In this document: in pieces, positions 49,841-61,336 of the stretch
Numbering within the stretch: the first letter of the stretch is position 1
How the letters are laid out: each line of letters opens with the position of its first letter
Assembly (NCBI GenBank): GCA_963666355.2
Contig: CAXXCP010000002.1
Location: forward strand, 18,101 to 82,100
Length of the DNA: 64,000 bases
Origin: an uncultured Methanoregula sp.
Lineage (GTDB): Archaea; Halobacteriota; Methanomicrobia; Methanomicrobiales; Methanospirillaceae
Direction of reading: 5' to 3'
Made by a program: the position numbers and the translations under genes
The notes under the pieces: generated by a model
Told to the model about the DNA's origin: nothing
Seen by the model: the letters and a program-made list of their open reading frames with translations, nothing else
Databases searched by the model: none

Positions 49841-51406
49841 ATGAAAGGGGTCATCGTTCTTACTGCCTGCTGCTGCCTTGCCGGCATGATCGCGATTGCG
49901 GGATACGCATCCGGCATTATTGTACAGACCGGCTCCACAGTCCCTCCCGAAGTTTTGCAGTATGCAAACGACTGGCCCCTGCCCAACCATGACTACGCGA
50001 GCACCCGGGCAACAGTAATCTCATCCATCAGCACGAAAAATGCCGGTACGCTCAGCCTCGCGTGGTCTGTCCCGGTCCACGTTGATGGCGGGGAGTCCGG
50101 TGCCCTTGCCGGGACAAACCCGCTTATCATGGATGGGATTGTTTACTACGAAGACACGCTCTCCCGGTTCACCGCAGTCGATCTCGCGACCGGGCATATC
50201 TTATGGACGTACGATCCCGGCATAACAGATCCAAGCCAGGGACCGCTCGGCCCGGCAATCGGCTGGGGCAAGGCGTTCATACCGGTCGATCTCTCGAATC
50301 TTGTGGCAGTCGACCTGGTTACCCACCAGAAGATCTGGGATGTTGATCTCACGTACGGCAAACCGGTGGGAATGCTCATCCAGCCGGTCGCATATGACGG
50401 AACGGTGTATGCCGCAACCCAGCCCGGGACTTCAACCCTTGGCGAATACCAGCCCGGGGGGACCGGGATCCTGTACGGGGTCGACCAGTCGACCGGTACC
50501 GTCCGGAGGAGGTTTGACACCGTCCGGTCTCCGGACCTGTGGGGCCACCCGGAGATAAATTCCGGGGGTGGTTCGTGGATGCCCCCGACAATCGATACCC
50601 ACTCCGGCGCAATCTTCTGGGGGACCGGGAACCCTGCTCCCTTCCCCGGAACCCCGGAGTACCAGAACGGGGCGAGCCGGCCCGGGAATAATCTCTATAC
50701 CAACTCAATCCTTGCACTCGATTCCCGGAACGGGACGCTCCGGTGGTACAACCAGGTCGATCCCCATGATCTCTTCGATCATGACTTCCAGATAAGCCCG
50801 GTTCTTGCCACGGTTGTAGTGGATGGCGTCTCGCGCGAGATCGTCATCGGTGCGGGAAAATGGGGGCGGGTGTACGGCTTTGACCGGAAGACCGGATCGA
50901 TCCTCTGGGTCACCCCGGTTGGCGAGCACAACGGGAACGATGCTCTCGCCACAATCCCGAATGAGTCGACGCCGGTCATTCCCGGCGCTCTCGGCGGCGT
51001 TGAGACGCCGATGGCGTATGCCGGCGGGATGGTGTACGTGACAAACGATGATCTGCCCACGCTCTATTCCGCATCCGGGTATGTGGCATTTGTCGGGGGA
51101 CCGGAGCAGGGAACCGGCGGGATCACCGCAATCCAGGCAGACACCGGGAAGATCGCGTGGAAGTCCAAGCTCCCCTCCCTCGTGACCGGGGCCGCGACCG
51201 TTGTCAACGATCTTGTCTTTGTCGGAACATATGACGGCACGATCCGGGCGTTCAACCGGACGAGCGGGAGCCCGGTCTTCTCGTACCAGGCCCCGGCCGG
51301 GATCAACGGGTGGCCCGCGGTCGCCGGCGATACCCTTGTGTGGCCCTGCGGCGCAGGCCAGAACTCTTCCGTGATCGCGCTCCGGCCCGGGATCGCAAAG
51401 GGTTGA
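49841..51406 (+). CDS. Secreted PQQ-binding-like beta-propeller protein
   Basis: Signal peptide, A.D..TG...W repeats, WGTGNPAP, NLYTNSILALD, HDLFDHD. Confidence 0.85.
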   Translation: MKGVIVLTACCCLAGMIAIAGYASGIIVQTGSTVPPEVLQYANDWPLPNHDYASTRATVISSISTKNAGTLSLAWSVPVHVDGGESGALAGTNPLIMDGIVYYEDTLSRFTAVDLATGHILWTYDPGITDPSQGPLGPAIGWGKAFIPVDLSNLVAVDLVTHQKIWDVDLTYGKPVGMLIQPVAYDGTVYAATQPGTSTLGEYQPGGTGILYGVDQSTGTVRRRFDTVRSPDLWGHPEINSGGGSWMPPTIDTHSGAIFWGTGNPAPFPGTPEYQNGASRPGNNLYTNSILALDSRNGTLRWYNQVDPHDLFDHDFQISPVLATVVVDGVSREIVIGAGKWGRVYGFDRKTGSILWVTPVGEHNGNDALATIPNESTPVIPGALGGVETPMAYAGGMVYVTNDDLPTLYSASGYVAFVGGPEQGTGGITAIQADTGKIAWKSKLPSLVTGAATVVNDLVFVGTYDGTIRAFNRTSGSPVFSYQAPAGINGWPAVAGDTLVWPCGAGQNSSVIALRPGIAKG

Positions 51407-51573
51407 ACCCAGACCGCAACAGTCCCCGCCAGAAGTATCTCTCACTGCGAGAAAAACCGGGTGCATTCCCCGGACTGTGTCCTTTGGTCTTGCGTACATT
51501 TTTGCTCATCGAAAGCCAACTTTGTACCACAATTCCGGGATCTTTCCCTATGTCCCGGCTTACGGAGCATTTG

Positions 51574-52383
51574 ATGACAGAAAACCGCTATGTCCACGGG
51601 TACTCCCTTCGCGAATCCGACCGGCTCTCCGACCAGGCCCGGACCCTGACGGATCTCCTCCACCACGACACCCGGTACCCGGATGGTGCTGAAGTCCTCG
51701 AAGCCGGCTGCGGGATCGGGGCACAGACCGCCATCCTTGCAAAGAACAGCCCGGGGGCACGCATAACCTCAGTCGACATCTCACCGGACTCCGTGAAACG
51801 TGCCGAAGAGCGTGCCAGGGCCGCAGGGATCACGAATGTCACGTTCCGGCAGGGAGACATTTTCCGGCTGCCGTTCCCCAAAGAGAGTTTCGATCATATC
51901 TTCGTCTGTTTCGTGCTCGAGCACCTCGCGGACCCGGCGCTTGCGCTTCAGAGCTTATACCCGCTGCTCCGCAAAGGCGGAACGATCACGGTGATCGAAG
52001 GCGATCACGGTTCAACCTTTTTTTACCCGGAGAGCGGGAAGGCTCACAAGGCGATCCGGTGTCTTGTCGATCTCCAGCGGTGGGCCGGCGGCAACGCACT
52101 CATCGGCCGGCAGCTGTACCCGCTCGTGGCCGGTGCCGGTTTTACCTCTGTCTCGGTCTCGCCCCGGATGGTCTATGTCGATGCCTCGCTGCCGGGACTT
52201 GTCGAAGGATTCACGAAGCAGACGTTCACCGCGATGGTTGAGGGTGTACAGGAGGAAGCGATCCGGGAGGGCCTGATGACACGGAAGGAATGGGGTGAGG
52301 CGATCCGGGACCTGGAGCGGACCTGCGAGCCGGACGGCGTCTTCTGTTACACGTTTTTCAAGGCGACCGGGATGAAAGAATAA
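51574..52383 (+). CDS. Class I SAM-dependent methyltransferase
   Basis: VLEAGCGIG, VDIS, GDIFRLPF...SFD, LEHL. Confidence 0.9.
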   Translation: MTENRYVHGYSLRESDRLSDQARTLTDLLHHDTRYPDGAEVLEAGCGIGAQTAILAKNSPGARITSVDISPDSVKRAEERARAAGITNVTFRQGDIFRLPFPKESFDHIFVCFVLEHLADPALALQSLYPLLRKGGTITVIEGDHGSTFFYPESGKAHKAIRCLVDLQRWAGGNALIGRQLYPLVAGAGFTSVSVSPRMVYVDASLPGLVEGFTKQTFTAMVEGVQEEAIREGLMTRKEWGEAIRDLERTCEPDGVFCYTFFKATGMKE

Positions 52384-52581
52384 TCTGTTTACTCGCCTTG
52401 GCCCCCGGCTCCGGCCTTTTTTCCCCGACTCGGAAATCTCCAGCAAATCTTTTCTTTCCCGTGTGCAGACAGTACCTGTCAGGGAACAAATGGAGCAGCG
52501 AGCGATGGTTTTATTCCCGCCCATAGTGGTCATGTGGTCGCTCCAGAGGATATTTCAGGACATAAACCAACCGTTGAAATC

Positions 52582-53823
52582 ATGAGAGAAAAAATGGAAG
52601 CCATGGGGATAATCTCCGGCCTCATCGTTTTTAGTATCATTCTGCTGAGCCTGTTCATCTTTCCCCTCTCTCACGATGCATCAGATCATGTGGCTCCCGA
52701 CACGGCAAATGCCAACCCTGAACAATCCCTGGCAAATGATTCATTCTGGATTCATATGGATCCCATTGACAATGTGACCGTTGGGGATCACCTCTCCCTG
52801 TCCGGAACCACCAATCTACCCCAGGGAGGAAAATTACAGATACGTATTCACCCAACCTCCCCCGACGATCAAAACAACGAAAATAGTTTCCAATACCCCC
52901 CCGCTCAAATTATTGAGCTCGCTCAAAACCATGAGGATAGTAAAAACTGGTCGGCGGAAATTGATCCTCTTAATCTACAACCAAATGCTACCTCTCCTTA
53001 TTGGGTGAGCGTTCGTGCGGTAAACTATCCTGCAGCGAGTGATGAACAACCGGTTTTCCTGATCGAAAGTCTGTCGATTATACCTGGTACGGTATACACA
53101 TATACGGGCATCACGCCCTATCGAAATATCTCATCTGTGGAGATTTGGATTATAGGATCCTCCCTGATTGAAGTATCGACAGTACCGATCGATCAGCATG
53201 GACGCTTTACCTTTTCCCTTGACCGGAAAACCACTGATGATATGGGTCAGAAAAGCCAGATGTATTCGCTCATCTTTCATTACCCGGCATCCGATGATCA
53301 GTATGGTTTGACATATAATCGTTCTCTGGGAGAGCTTGTTGAAATTTCGGGAAAATCTCGTCTTAAAACCGCTCAAATTCGGGAAACGGGAACATCATCT
53401 GTATCGAAACACGTGATGGATATACTCACTCAGTACGGAGGAAATGATACCTGCCGGCAACGGGATCTTGTGGTCACGCCTGCCAGGATCTCCATCGATC
53501 CAATTGGGGAAATCACCAACTCCAGGAACATTACCATTACCGGTACGACCAATATCCCCCCCGGGGACTATATTGTCGTGGAAGTCTATGACAACAAATA
53601 CCACTCTCGTGTATTCTGGTCTCTAAATGGGACGATCCCCGGAGACTTTTCCCAGGGAAAAACCGTACCGGTTGAGAAAGGACTGCGGGGAAATAATGTG
53701 TGGAATTTACCGGTCCCGATCAAGGGATGGAGGCCAGGAAAATATGTTGTCGATGCAATGGCCGTTTATGGAACAGCTCAGCGGGAAGCGACATTCAATG
53801 TGACCAGTGCGAAAGACGATTAA
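52582..53823 (+). CDS. Cell-surface protein with two Ig-like repeats
   Basis: N-terminal TM; repeats IHMDPI...LSGTTNLPQG and ISIDPI...ITGTTNIPPG. Confidence 0.7.
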   Translation: MREKMEAMGIISGLIVFSIILLSLFIFPLSHDASDHVAPDTANANPEQSLANDSFWIHMDPIDNVTVGDHLSLSGTTNLPQGGKLQIRIHPTSPDDQNNENSFQYPPAQIIELAQNHEDSKNWSAEIDPLNLQPNATSPYWVSVRAVNYPAASDEQPVFLIESLSIIPGTVYTYTGITPYRNISSVEIWIIGSSLIEVSTVPIDQHGRFTFSLDRKTTDDMGQKSQMYSLIFHYPASDDQYGLTYNRSLGELVEISGKSRLKTAQIRETGTSSVSKHVMDILTQYGGNDTCRQRDLVVTPARISIDPIGEITNSRNITITGTTNIPPGDYIVVEVYDNKYHSRVFWSLNGTIPGDFSQGKTVPVEKGLRGNNVWNLPVPIKGWRPGKYVVDAMAVYGTAQREATFNVTSAKDD

Positions 53824-54196
53824 TTTTTTGCCCGGGAGCAACCCCCAGTGAAGAGAAAATGGTAAGAACCGGACGATGGCACCGGCAATCGTTTTTACAT
53901 ATCCATGGTTTTGGCGTGAATACCTTGTTTATGCCCGTTTCTCCCGTGCAAAAAATGCTGCCCCCCATCACATCGTTTTTAATCCTTGAGCAGTAAACCT
54001 GAATATACAAAAAACGGCTCTGGTGAAAACCTTATCTGGAGAGAAAATCGGTTGAAATTTTCTGGGCTTCTCCCTTTGGCTGCCTCCCCTTTGGGGGGGG
54101 AGAGGGGCCCCCACTTACGATCTCCAAGAAGAATGATCAGGATTTTTGAAAAGGCAGGTTTTTTCCAGAGCAAAAGAACCAAACCGGAGGAGAAGA

Positions 54197-54451
54197 ATGG
54201 ATTTCATCGAAATTGTCGGCTACATTGCAGGGATCCTCACGACCATATCCTTTATTCCACAGGTGGCCCGGAGCTGGAGACTCAAGGAAACCCGGGACCT
54301 CTCGCTTGCCATGCTCCTCCTCTTTGCTCTCGGCGTCCTTCTCTGGGCGGTCTATGGCTTCTGGATCATGTCGCTGCCGGTCATTGTGGCAAACCTGACA
54401 ACCTTCTGTCTCATTCTCTTCCTTCTCTGGATGAAATTCCGGTTCCATTAA
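54197..54451 (+). CDS. SemiSWEET / PQ-loop transporter
   Basis: AGILTTISFIPQV, TRDLS, LWAVYG, PVIVAN; three TMs. Confidence 0.9.
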   Translation: MDFIEIVGYIAGILTTISFIPQVARSWRLKETRDLSLAMLLLFALGVLLWAVYGFWIMSLPVIVANLTTFCLILFLLWMKFRFH

Positions 54452-54936
54452 AATTCATCGGTGAACGTATTGACCGATCAACTATCAAAAAATAGTCCTT
54501 CCTTTAACAACGCGAACTTTGCATCGGGTAATGTGGCGGAATACAAATAATAATATATTTTATTTAAATGCAACAAATCATGTAGTATGCGAAAGATTAT
54601 TCCCATTTTTGTAGGATTATCGGTAATTTTTTTTGTATTTTTTACCGGTTGCTCGCTGGTTTCGCATGGAACGGCAAAACCCAAATCCTTAATAAATAAT
54701 TAAAGTATCCATGACGTTATTGTAAACGCAGTGAATTCCAGTGAAAAAACGTGTGAAATCAATGTGCCGGCCGGATCCTCTGCGAGCAAATGCTATTTGA
54801 GCCCCCCTGTGAAAGAAAAATTAGTAACCGGGATTATTGCGTGGGTGGGTGCCCGGGAAGCACGATGTCTCCAGACTCTGCCAAAATCCAGGAATGCCAG
54901 TCTCTGCAAAGTCCCGACTGCAGATTTGGTTACCTT

Positions 54937-56226
54937 CAGTACTTCTCTAAATTTACCTCCGTGAATTTTGGCAAGTCATCAATACTCTCAACCTCTGATC
55001 AACCAAACGGTCGAAGAACAGAAACAAATGAGACAAATTTGAGTTTTTTCCGAATCCCTTCCCAGACCAATAGCCGGAAGAAATCGAAACGGAACAAATC
55101 TTCAGCAACGGTTCTTGGTCCTCGTTGAACCTTAGAGAAGAACATCCATTGAAGAGAGACCCAGATATTTTTGAGAAGGAAAGAGATTATCGTCAGCAGG
55201 TACCGGATCACAACGTTTCTTGTGGATGTCCTTGCTTTCACGATATTCCGGATACGGTACGAAGACTCGATCGCAAACCGGTTCTTGTAGACCCGGTAGA
55301 TCCGACGGGGTTTCCAGTTAATACCATACACGACGTAACCCAGGTTCACATTCCCGTATTTCTTATTCCTTCCCAGAAGGTACTGGACATCAATTGCCAG
55401 AGTAAGAGAAAGAGGTTCGCCAGTTCCCATCATCGTATACTGTGCATACCGGGAATGATTTCCCCGGAGTATTTTCTTGAGTTCTTCGCCGTGTTTTCTC
55501 ACCGGAACAATGTGCGGGATCTTTTCCTTCTGGAGAAATGAGAACACATCTTTTGAGTAAAATCCCCGATCAAGACAGAGTACTTGGGTGTTCACTTTTG
55601 CGTTGTGGATTATGGCCAAAAATTTCCGGATGTACTCGACCTTTGACACACCCTTCTTCACCGGGAAAACTGCAAGGGTCTGCCGTTGACCTTTTGTTGT
55701 GATGGAGAGCGAAACATACGAGTAAAATGTGGTTGTTGATTTCTTCATTTTACTCTTGAGGACGTAATCTTTGTTCGCTTCGATAATTTCGCCATAATAA
55801 GGATCGTCGGTGAAATCTATGGCAAAATGATACGATTTTCCGGGAACAAGGATCTGATCGTTTGAATAGGTGAGGATCTTTGATTGTATTTCGAAAAGCG
55901 ATTCTAAATCCACCTTCGATAAATGGTATCTGACTGACGTTTCACACGGGACTTTTTCTACAGCCTTATTGATGGAATGCACGGATAGTTTGGTTGCTGA
56001 CATCCCAACAAGTGACTGGATAAGGGTCTTTTGTCTCAGTGTTCCGTTGATGGAAATGGTGAGATTCCGGTTGATTGCATCCACTGCTATTTCGGAACAA
56101 TCTTCTGCTCGGATCTCATTCTTTATTCGGCGGGTGAATTGTCGTCTATTTGCCATATGCGGCGCCCGCTGCCTATTTAGATCTGCCGGTTTTGATTAGC
56201 CTCGGCTAAAAATTAGTGAAGTACTG
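54937..56226 (-). mobile_element. ISH3-family insertion sequence, copy 3
   Basis: Same TIRs and length; flanks ACCTT and GAATT do not match. Confidence 0.93.
54999..56156 (-). CDS. ISH3-family transposase
   Basis: Protein identical to copy 2. Confidence 0.93.
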   Translation of the reverse strand: MANRRQFTRRIKNEIRAEDCSEIAVDAINRNLTISINGTLRQKTLIQSLVGMSATKLSVHSINKAVEKVPCETSVRYHLSKVDLESLFEIQSKILTYSNDQILVPGKSYHFAIDFTDDPYYGEIIEANKDYVLKSKMKKSTTTFYSYVSLSITTKGQRQTLAVFPVKKGVSKVEYIRKFLAIIHNAKVNTQVLCLDRGFYSKDVFSFLQKEKIPHIVPVRKHGEELKKILRGNHSRYAQYTMMGTGEPLSLTLAIDVQYLLGRNKKYGNVNLGYVVYGINWKPRRIYRVYKNRFAIESSYRIRNIVKARTSTRNVVIRYLLTIISFLLKNIWVSLQWMFFSKVQRGPRTVAEDLFRFDFFRLLVWEGIRKKLKFVSFVSVLRPFG

Positions 56227-56711
56227 GAATTGGCAATATCGCCGCTGTAACCTTGATTGCAGAAATCGGGAATTTCTCGGATTTCTCCACTGGCGACAAA
56301 CTTGCAAGCTGGTTAGGGATAGTTCCAAATGTGTACCAGTCTGCTGACAAACTGAGAACCGGTTCTATCACGAAGCGTGGTTCAGAGCATGCAAGGTGGA
56401 TCCTCGTTCAGATCGCTCACGCTGCTTCGAGAAGCCGAAATACGGTTTTCCGAAAGTTCTATGACCGGAAAAAGCCGGTTATTGGAACCGGTAAAACGAT
56501 TGTCGCTTTGGCCAGGAAGATTGTAACCATCATATGGCACTTGATCACTCAAGATGAATTCTTTAATCAGGCCAATGGGGATTCAAATCCTTCAGCGAAA
56601 ACGGTCAAAGTCCGAATTCCCGTTATCGCTACTCTCGGTGAAATCCTGAAGATTTTGAATGAGGCTGCTATTGTGTTGAAGGAATCAGATTCCGGAAGGG
56701 GTGATTGTTGA
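56227..56711 (+). pseudogene. IS110-family recombinase, C-terminal remnant
   Basis: GIG...IAEIG..F...KLASWLGIVP...QS...GSITKRG, VALARK; N-terminal DEDD domain absent. Confidence 0.88.
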
Positions 56712-56782
56712 CCTTATCCTCCTTCCGGATTTGAGATTTTCATGCCAAAAATGGTGATAGTTTACCGGATTCTGCCGGGGCC

Positions 56783-58069
56783 TTACTTTCCAATAACCCG
56801 CTGGTTGCGTATTTTTATTGACGGAACGATCATCGATCCAATCGTTCGTGACTTTTTGCTCATCCCGACAATTTCCCTGTGCATGTCAAAGACATTCCCG
56901 GAGAGCATCGCGCTCCGGATGGGGATCTCGAACGATTCCCCGTTCGCACGGAATGAATTGGAGATCTCAACCGAGAATTCTCCGCTCAGGGGGTTTGCCG
57001 TATGTGCACCAACGACATTGTGAACATAGACAACAGGCTCGTCACGGATCGTATCGCGCTTTCCATCCATAATGAAATTATGATGGCCGATAGCAGGCAG
57101 ACCACCAAATCCACCTCTCACGGCATTACCGGTGCTCTGTTTCCCGTACCGGTATGCGGTTTTCAGATCGTATGCAAAATTTTTGAGGATGCCGTTTTTG
57201 ACAAAATCGACCCGGCGGGATTCGGTTCCTTCCGCATCCCAGCGGACGCTGCCGCTTGCACCTGGGAGAAGCGGGTCATCGTATATAACGATATCCCGGC
57301 CCATGATCTCTTTCTCAAGCGAATCCGCAAGCCGCGATCTTCCGGCATGGACACTCCTGCCATTGAGTGCAGGAACAAATACCCCGCCAAGGAGCTCGGC
57401 ATAGGCAAGCGGTGAGAGGATAATATCGTAACTCCCGGTTGGGATATCGGTCCCGTCCGCCGATTCGTGGGCAAAAAACGTTGCACGTTCCCCAACGGTC
57501 TCCGGATCAACCTCATCCACGAAACAGGAATGATCGAACTCATAACCGGTGGACTGGTTGTGTATCGCCTCCAGCGAGATCGAGATACCGGAGTACTTAT
57601 CGGTATATCGTATTCCCCTGCTGTTTGCGAGCGTTACCGTTGCGATCGAAAGCCCTGCCGATCCACCGGTGATGTCCGCTTCATGCTCCTGCGCCCCGGC
57701 AAGCATCCTTGAAAGAAACTCTTTTGCAATTGAAGGCTCGGTTTTCATCGAGGAGTCAAATGCGAGCGGCGTCCCGGAGAGGGGCCTTGGATCCGGGAGT
57801 CCTCCCCATGGCTGGGGGGTTGCAAGTTTCCCGCTGGCAATTGCGGCCTTCAGGCATGCCTTCCAACCGGCTGGATTGTTGGTGCTCGAAGAGCCGATTC
57901 TTCCCTTATGGATGGTCCTGATCCCAAGCCCGAGATCCTCCGATACCGTTGCGAGGTTGATCTTCTTCTGCTTAAGGTCGGCAGCGACCGATTTGCCTTC
58001 TACGTAATAGACCTCGACTTCATCCACGAATTTTTTTGCTTCTTCGATTATTTCGTCAATCGATGCCAC
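56783..58069 (-). CDS. pmbA: TldD/PmbA family protein (PmbA-type)
   Basis: DAEG, STGNA.R, ANPLSGEFS, MLSGN; lacks HExxxH. Confidence 0.88.
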   Translation of the reverse strand: MASIDEIIEEAKKFVDEVEVYYVEGKSVAADLKQKKINLATVSEDLGLGIRTIHKGRIGSSSTNNPAGWKACLKAAIASGKLATPQPWGGLPDPRPLSGTPLAFDSSMKTEPSIAKEFLSRMLAGAQEHEADITGGSAGLSIATVTLANSRGIRYTDKYSGISISLEAIHNQSTGYEFDHSCFVDEVDPETVGERATFFAHESADGTDIPTGSYDIILSPLAYAELLGGVFVPALNGRSVHAGRSRLADSLEKEIMGRDIVIYDDPLLPGASGSVRWDAEGTESRRVDFVKNGILKNFAYDLKTAYRYGKQSTGNAVRGGFGGLPAIGHHNFIMDGKRDTIRDEPVVYVHNVVGAHTANPLSGEFSVEISNSFRANGESFEIPIRSAMLSGNVFDMHREIVGMSKKSRTIGSMIVPSIKIRNQRVIGK

Positions 58070-59384
58070 TGCCACCCACCACCGCATCCAGCAGGAGCAC
58101 GTGTGGTGCCCCGTCACTTACCGGCACACTCTGCCCGCCTTTACCGCAATAGCCCGGACTCATCTTACGGTCATTCCCGCAGAGCACGATGCCGTGAAGG
58201 ATCGTCAGGATTTCACCTGACAGGGAGACATCCCGGACCATTGTCGTACATTCCCCGTTTTTTACGAGGTACCCGTACTCCGCATTGAACTGGAATACTC
58301 CCCGTCCCGGGTCAACCTGCCCGCCACGGGAACCTTTCAGGAATATCCCGTTCCCGCATTCCTCGAAAATTTCCTGCTCGGTCGAGTCACCGGCTTCGAT
58401 GAACGTGTTGGACATCCGGACAAGCGGGGGCTCCCCGGGCATTGCCCGTGCGTGGCCTGCAACACCATCGCCGATTTTTGCAAGTGACTCCCTGTCATGC
58501 AGGAATTCATTGATAACGCCTTTTTTGACTATCTCGGTCCTGCGGACTGCGACCCCTTCCGCATCGACCGGATCGAATCCGAACTCGTGAAGACCCGGGT
58601 CATCCACGATGGTCAGGATCTCATTCCCGATCTTCTGCCCGATCCGGCCTTTGAGAACCGAGCTGCCTTCCGCGACAAGATCACCTTCGCTTGCATGCCC
58701 TACGGCTTCATGAGCAAAGACACCGGCAAGCTCAGGATCAAGAACCGCACGCATTTTTCCGCCTTCTGCGGGTTTTGCATCAAGGAGCGCAACCGCAACC
58801 CCTGCGGCCTGTCTCCCGAGATCTTCCTGGTGGCGAAGATTAAATCCATGTATGGAATGCTCACGCTCGTATCCCATCTGGACATTCCCGTTCCGTGACG
58901 CTACGGCAAGGACATTGAAGCCGGACCTGCACATCTCAAACGAGTGCTCGGTGCCGGAACTGTCGGAGAAGTGCACATTTTCGATCCTCTCGATGTAGTT
59001 TGCCCTCCGGTTGGTGACGACCGGATTTGCTGCTGCGGCTTCTATACCGGCGAGCAGCGACGATTTCACTTCGATATCGACGTCCCGTGGATCTTCTTTC
59101 ATGGAAGGGATGGAAAGGACTCCCCGTGCTGCATCCCCAAGCGTAACCTGTTCCTCGGTAATATTCGCAAGCCGGGATGCTTCCCCGAGAAGATCGTCAA
59201 ACCTTCTTTCTCCGGGGATGTAGTTATCGATCTGGAGAATCCCCCACCCGGAAGTGTTTAAGACTCTCAATACAGCTTTGTTGAAAAATGAGGTGCCGGC
59301 AGATTCCACGACGCCGTTGTCGATATCGATATGGGTGACCTGGCCGGTTACGTGCCGTACATCATAGTACTTGATTCCGGCCAT
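58056..59384 (-). CDS. tldD: TldD/PmbA family protein (TldD-type)
   Basis: FAHEAVGHASEGD, RMSNT, CGKGGQSVPVSDGAP. Confidence 0.92.
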   Translation of the reverse strand: MAGIKYYDVRHVTGQVTHIDIDNGVVESAGTSFFNKAVLRVLNTSGWGILQIDNYIPGERRFDDLLGEASRLANITEEQVTLGDAARGVLSIPSMKEDPRDVDIEVKSSLLAGIEAAAANPVVTNRRANYIERIENVHFSDSSGTEHSFEMCRSGFNVLAVASRNGNVQMGYEREHSIHGFNLRHQEDLGRQAAGVAVALLDAKPAEGGKMRAVLDPELAGVFAHEAVGHASEGDLVAEGSSVLKGRIGQKIGNEILTIVDDPGLHEFGFDPVDAEGVAVRRTEIVKKGVINEFLHDRESLAKIGDGVAGHARAMPGEPPLVRMSNTFIEAGDSTEQEIFEECGNGIFLKGSRGGQVDPGRGVFQFNAEYGYLVKNGECTTMVRDVSLSGEILTILHGIVLCGNDRKMSPGYCGKGGQSVPVSDGAPHVLLLDAVVGGSGID

Positions 59385-59386
59385 GT

Positions 59387-61336
59387 TCAGGCTACAGGAT
59401 TGCACACGGGCGTGTCGGCCGTCATCGTTGGGGATCTCATCGTCATCTTCTTGAGTTTTGCGAGGAATCCTTCTGCATTTTCCGGCACAAGCGCGTACTT
59501 GAGGACTTCATCGATCGTATCAACCGGGATAACCGTAACAAGCGATTTGTAGCGCTCTTCGATGAGGACATCATTGATATTTGTGTGGGGAATCAGGACG
59601 GTCTTGATTCCTGCTTTTGCTGCGGCTTCAATCTTGTACGTGACGCCGCCAACCGGGAGAACGTCTCCCCGGACCGAGAGCGAACCGGTCATGGCTACAT
59701 CCTGGCGCACGGGTATCCCCTCGATTGCACTGATGACTGCGGTTGCAACGCTGACAGAGGCGGAGTCCCCTTCGACCCCGCCATAGGTGCCGATAAACTG
59801 GATATGGATATCCACGTTCTTCACGTCACGGCCGGTGAACTTCTTCAGGAGCGCACTGACATTCTTGATCGATTCCTGTGCTATTTCCTTGAGCATCCCG
59901 GTTGCGATGACCGTGCCGCTTGCACCCTGTGCAGGAGTGACCTCTGCCATAATCGGGAGAACTGAACCCGAGTCGCTACCCATGACTGCAAGACCATTGA
60001 CACGACCGACACGTGTCCCTTCGATGACCGTGAGCTCGTATTCCCGGCTTCTCCGGATGTATTCATCCGAAACCTGATCTTCGATCGATCGTGCCGTTGC
60101 TTTTGCGGTTATGACATGCTCGGCAGTGGTTATCGCAGCTCCTTCCTGGCGGGCAATGTCGCCCGCTACACGGATCAGGCCGCCCATGTCACGAAGTTTC
60201 AGGGTGAGGTGCCCCTTCCTGTTCGAGCGGCGCCGGGCCTCCCGGAGGACTTCATCGATGGCACTCTGGTCGAAGTGCGGGATCTTCCCGTCGTTTTTCA
60301 CTTCCTGCGCCACAAACCGGATGTATTTCTGCTGGTTCTCCGGGGTGTCCTCCATACTCTCCGCCATGTACACTTCGTACCCGTACCCGCGGATACGGGA
60401 GCGGAGGGCGGGGTGCATTCCCTGTATTGCATCGAGATTACCTGCCGCAATCATGACAAACTTACAGGGGACCGGCTCCGTCCGGACCATTGCACCGCTC
60501 GAACGCTCGCTCTGCCCGGTGATCGGGAATTCTCCTTCCTGCAATGCGGTGAGGAGGTTCTGCTGGGAGTGGGGGTCAAGCGTGTTGATCTCATCGATGA
60601 ACAGAACTCCGCCGTTTGAACGGTGAATCGCCCCGGCTTCGACCCGGTCGTGTGCCGGGGTCTCAAGGCCCCCGCTCTGGAACGGATCGTGACGTACATC
60701 GCCAAGGAGTGCGCCCGCGTGGGATCCGGTTGCATCAATAAAGGGGGCGATATTCTTGTTGTCGCTTGAGACAAGCAGCTTTGGCACCATTGCCTCTTCA
60801 CGCGGTGTCGTGTACCGGAGCGCCATAAAGACAAACGCCGCTGCAATAATTCCAAGGAGCCACTGGTAGGTGATAAACGCATAGGCGATGATACCGATAA
60901 GCAGGAGCATCAGGAGCGTGTTGCGGAACTGGATCTTCTTTTTTGCTTCGGCTTTATGCGCGGCAACGATCTGTTTACCCCGCCCGCCCGCTACGGTCCT
61001 GATAACCGGGTTATTGGAATCGTCCGAGTTCGGGTAGACCAGGATGTCCTGCAGTTCTTCCTTTGGCAGCAGTTCAGCCATACCCTTGGCCAGCATGGAT
61101 TTACCCGTACCGGGACTTCCTATCATCATGACATGCCTTCGTTGTACCGCAGCTTTCCGGATTACTTCGACTGCATGGTCCTGGCCGATTACCTGGTCGA
61201 TCAGTTTTGGAGGCACTTCAATCTGCGACGAGGCCGCGGGCGGACCTTCGGGAGTCACGGTATCGGGCGCTGGTGCCGCGGGTGATACCTCATGTGCTTC
61301 TCTATTCTGCGATAGCGCTTGATCTGCTGAATCCAT
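59387..61336 (-). CDS. lonB: ATP-dependent protease LonB
   Basis: [10 protein letters not shown] insert, FIDEI, EGDSAS, KIEAA. Confidence 0.96.
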   Translation of the reverse strand: MDSADQALSQNREAHEVSPAAPAPDTVTPEGPPAASSQIEVPPKLIDQVIGQDHAVEVIRKAAVQRRHVMMIGSPGTGKSMLAKGMAELLPKEELQDILVYPNSDDSNNPVIRTVAGGRGKQIVAAHKAEAKKKIQFRNTLLMLLLIGIIAYAFITYQWLLGIIAAAFVFMALRYTTPREEAMVPKLLVSSDNKNIAPFIDATGSHAGALLGDVRHDPFQSGGLETPAHDRVEAGAIHRSNGGVLFIDEINTLDPHSQQNLLTALQEGEFPITGQSERSSGAMVRTEPVPCKFVMIAAGNLDAIQGMHPALRSRIRGYGYEVYMAESMEDTPENQQKYIRFVAQEVKNDGKIPHFDQSAIDEVLREARRRSNRKGHLTLKLRDMGGLIRVAGDIARQEGAAITTAEHVITAKATARSIEDQVSDEYIRRSREYELTVIEGTRVGRVNGLAVMGSDSGSVLPIMAEVTPAQGASGTVIATGMLKEIAQESIKNVSALLKKFTGRDVKNVDIHIQFIGTYGGVEGDSASVSVATAVISAIEGIPVRQDVAMTGSLSVRGDVLPVGGVTYKIEAAAKAGIKTVLIPHTNINDVLIEERYKSLVTVIPVDTIDEVLKYALVPENAEGFLAKLKKMTMRSPTMTADTPVCNPVA

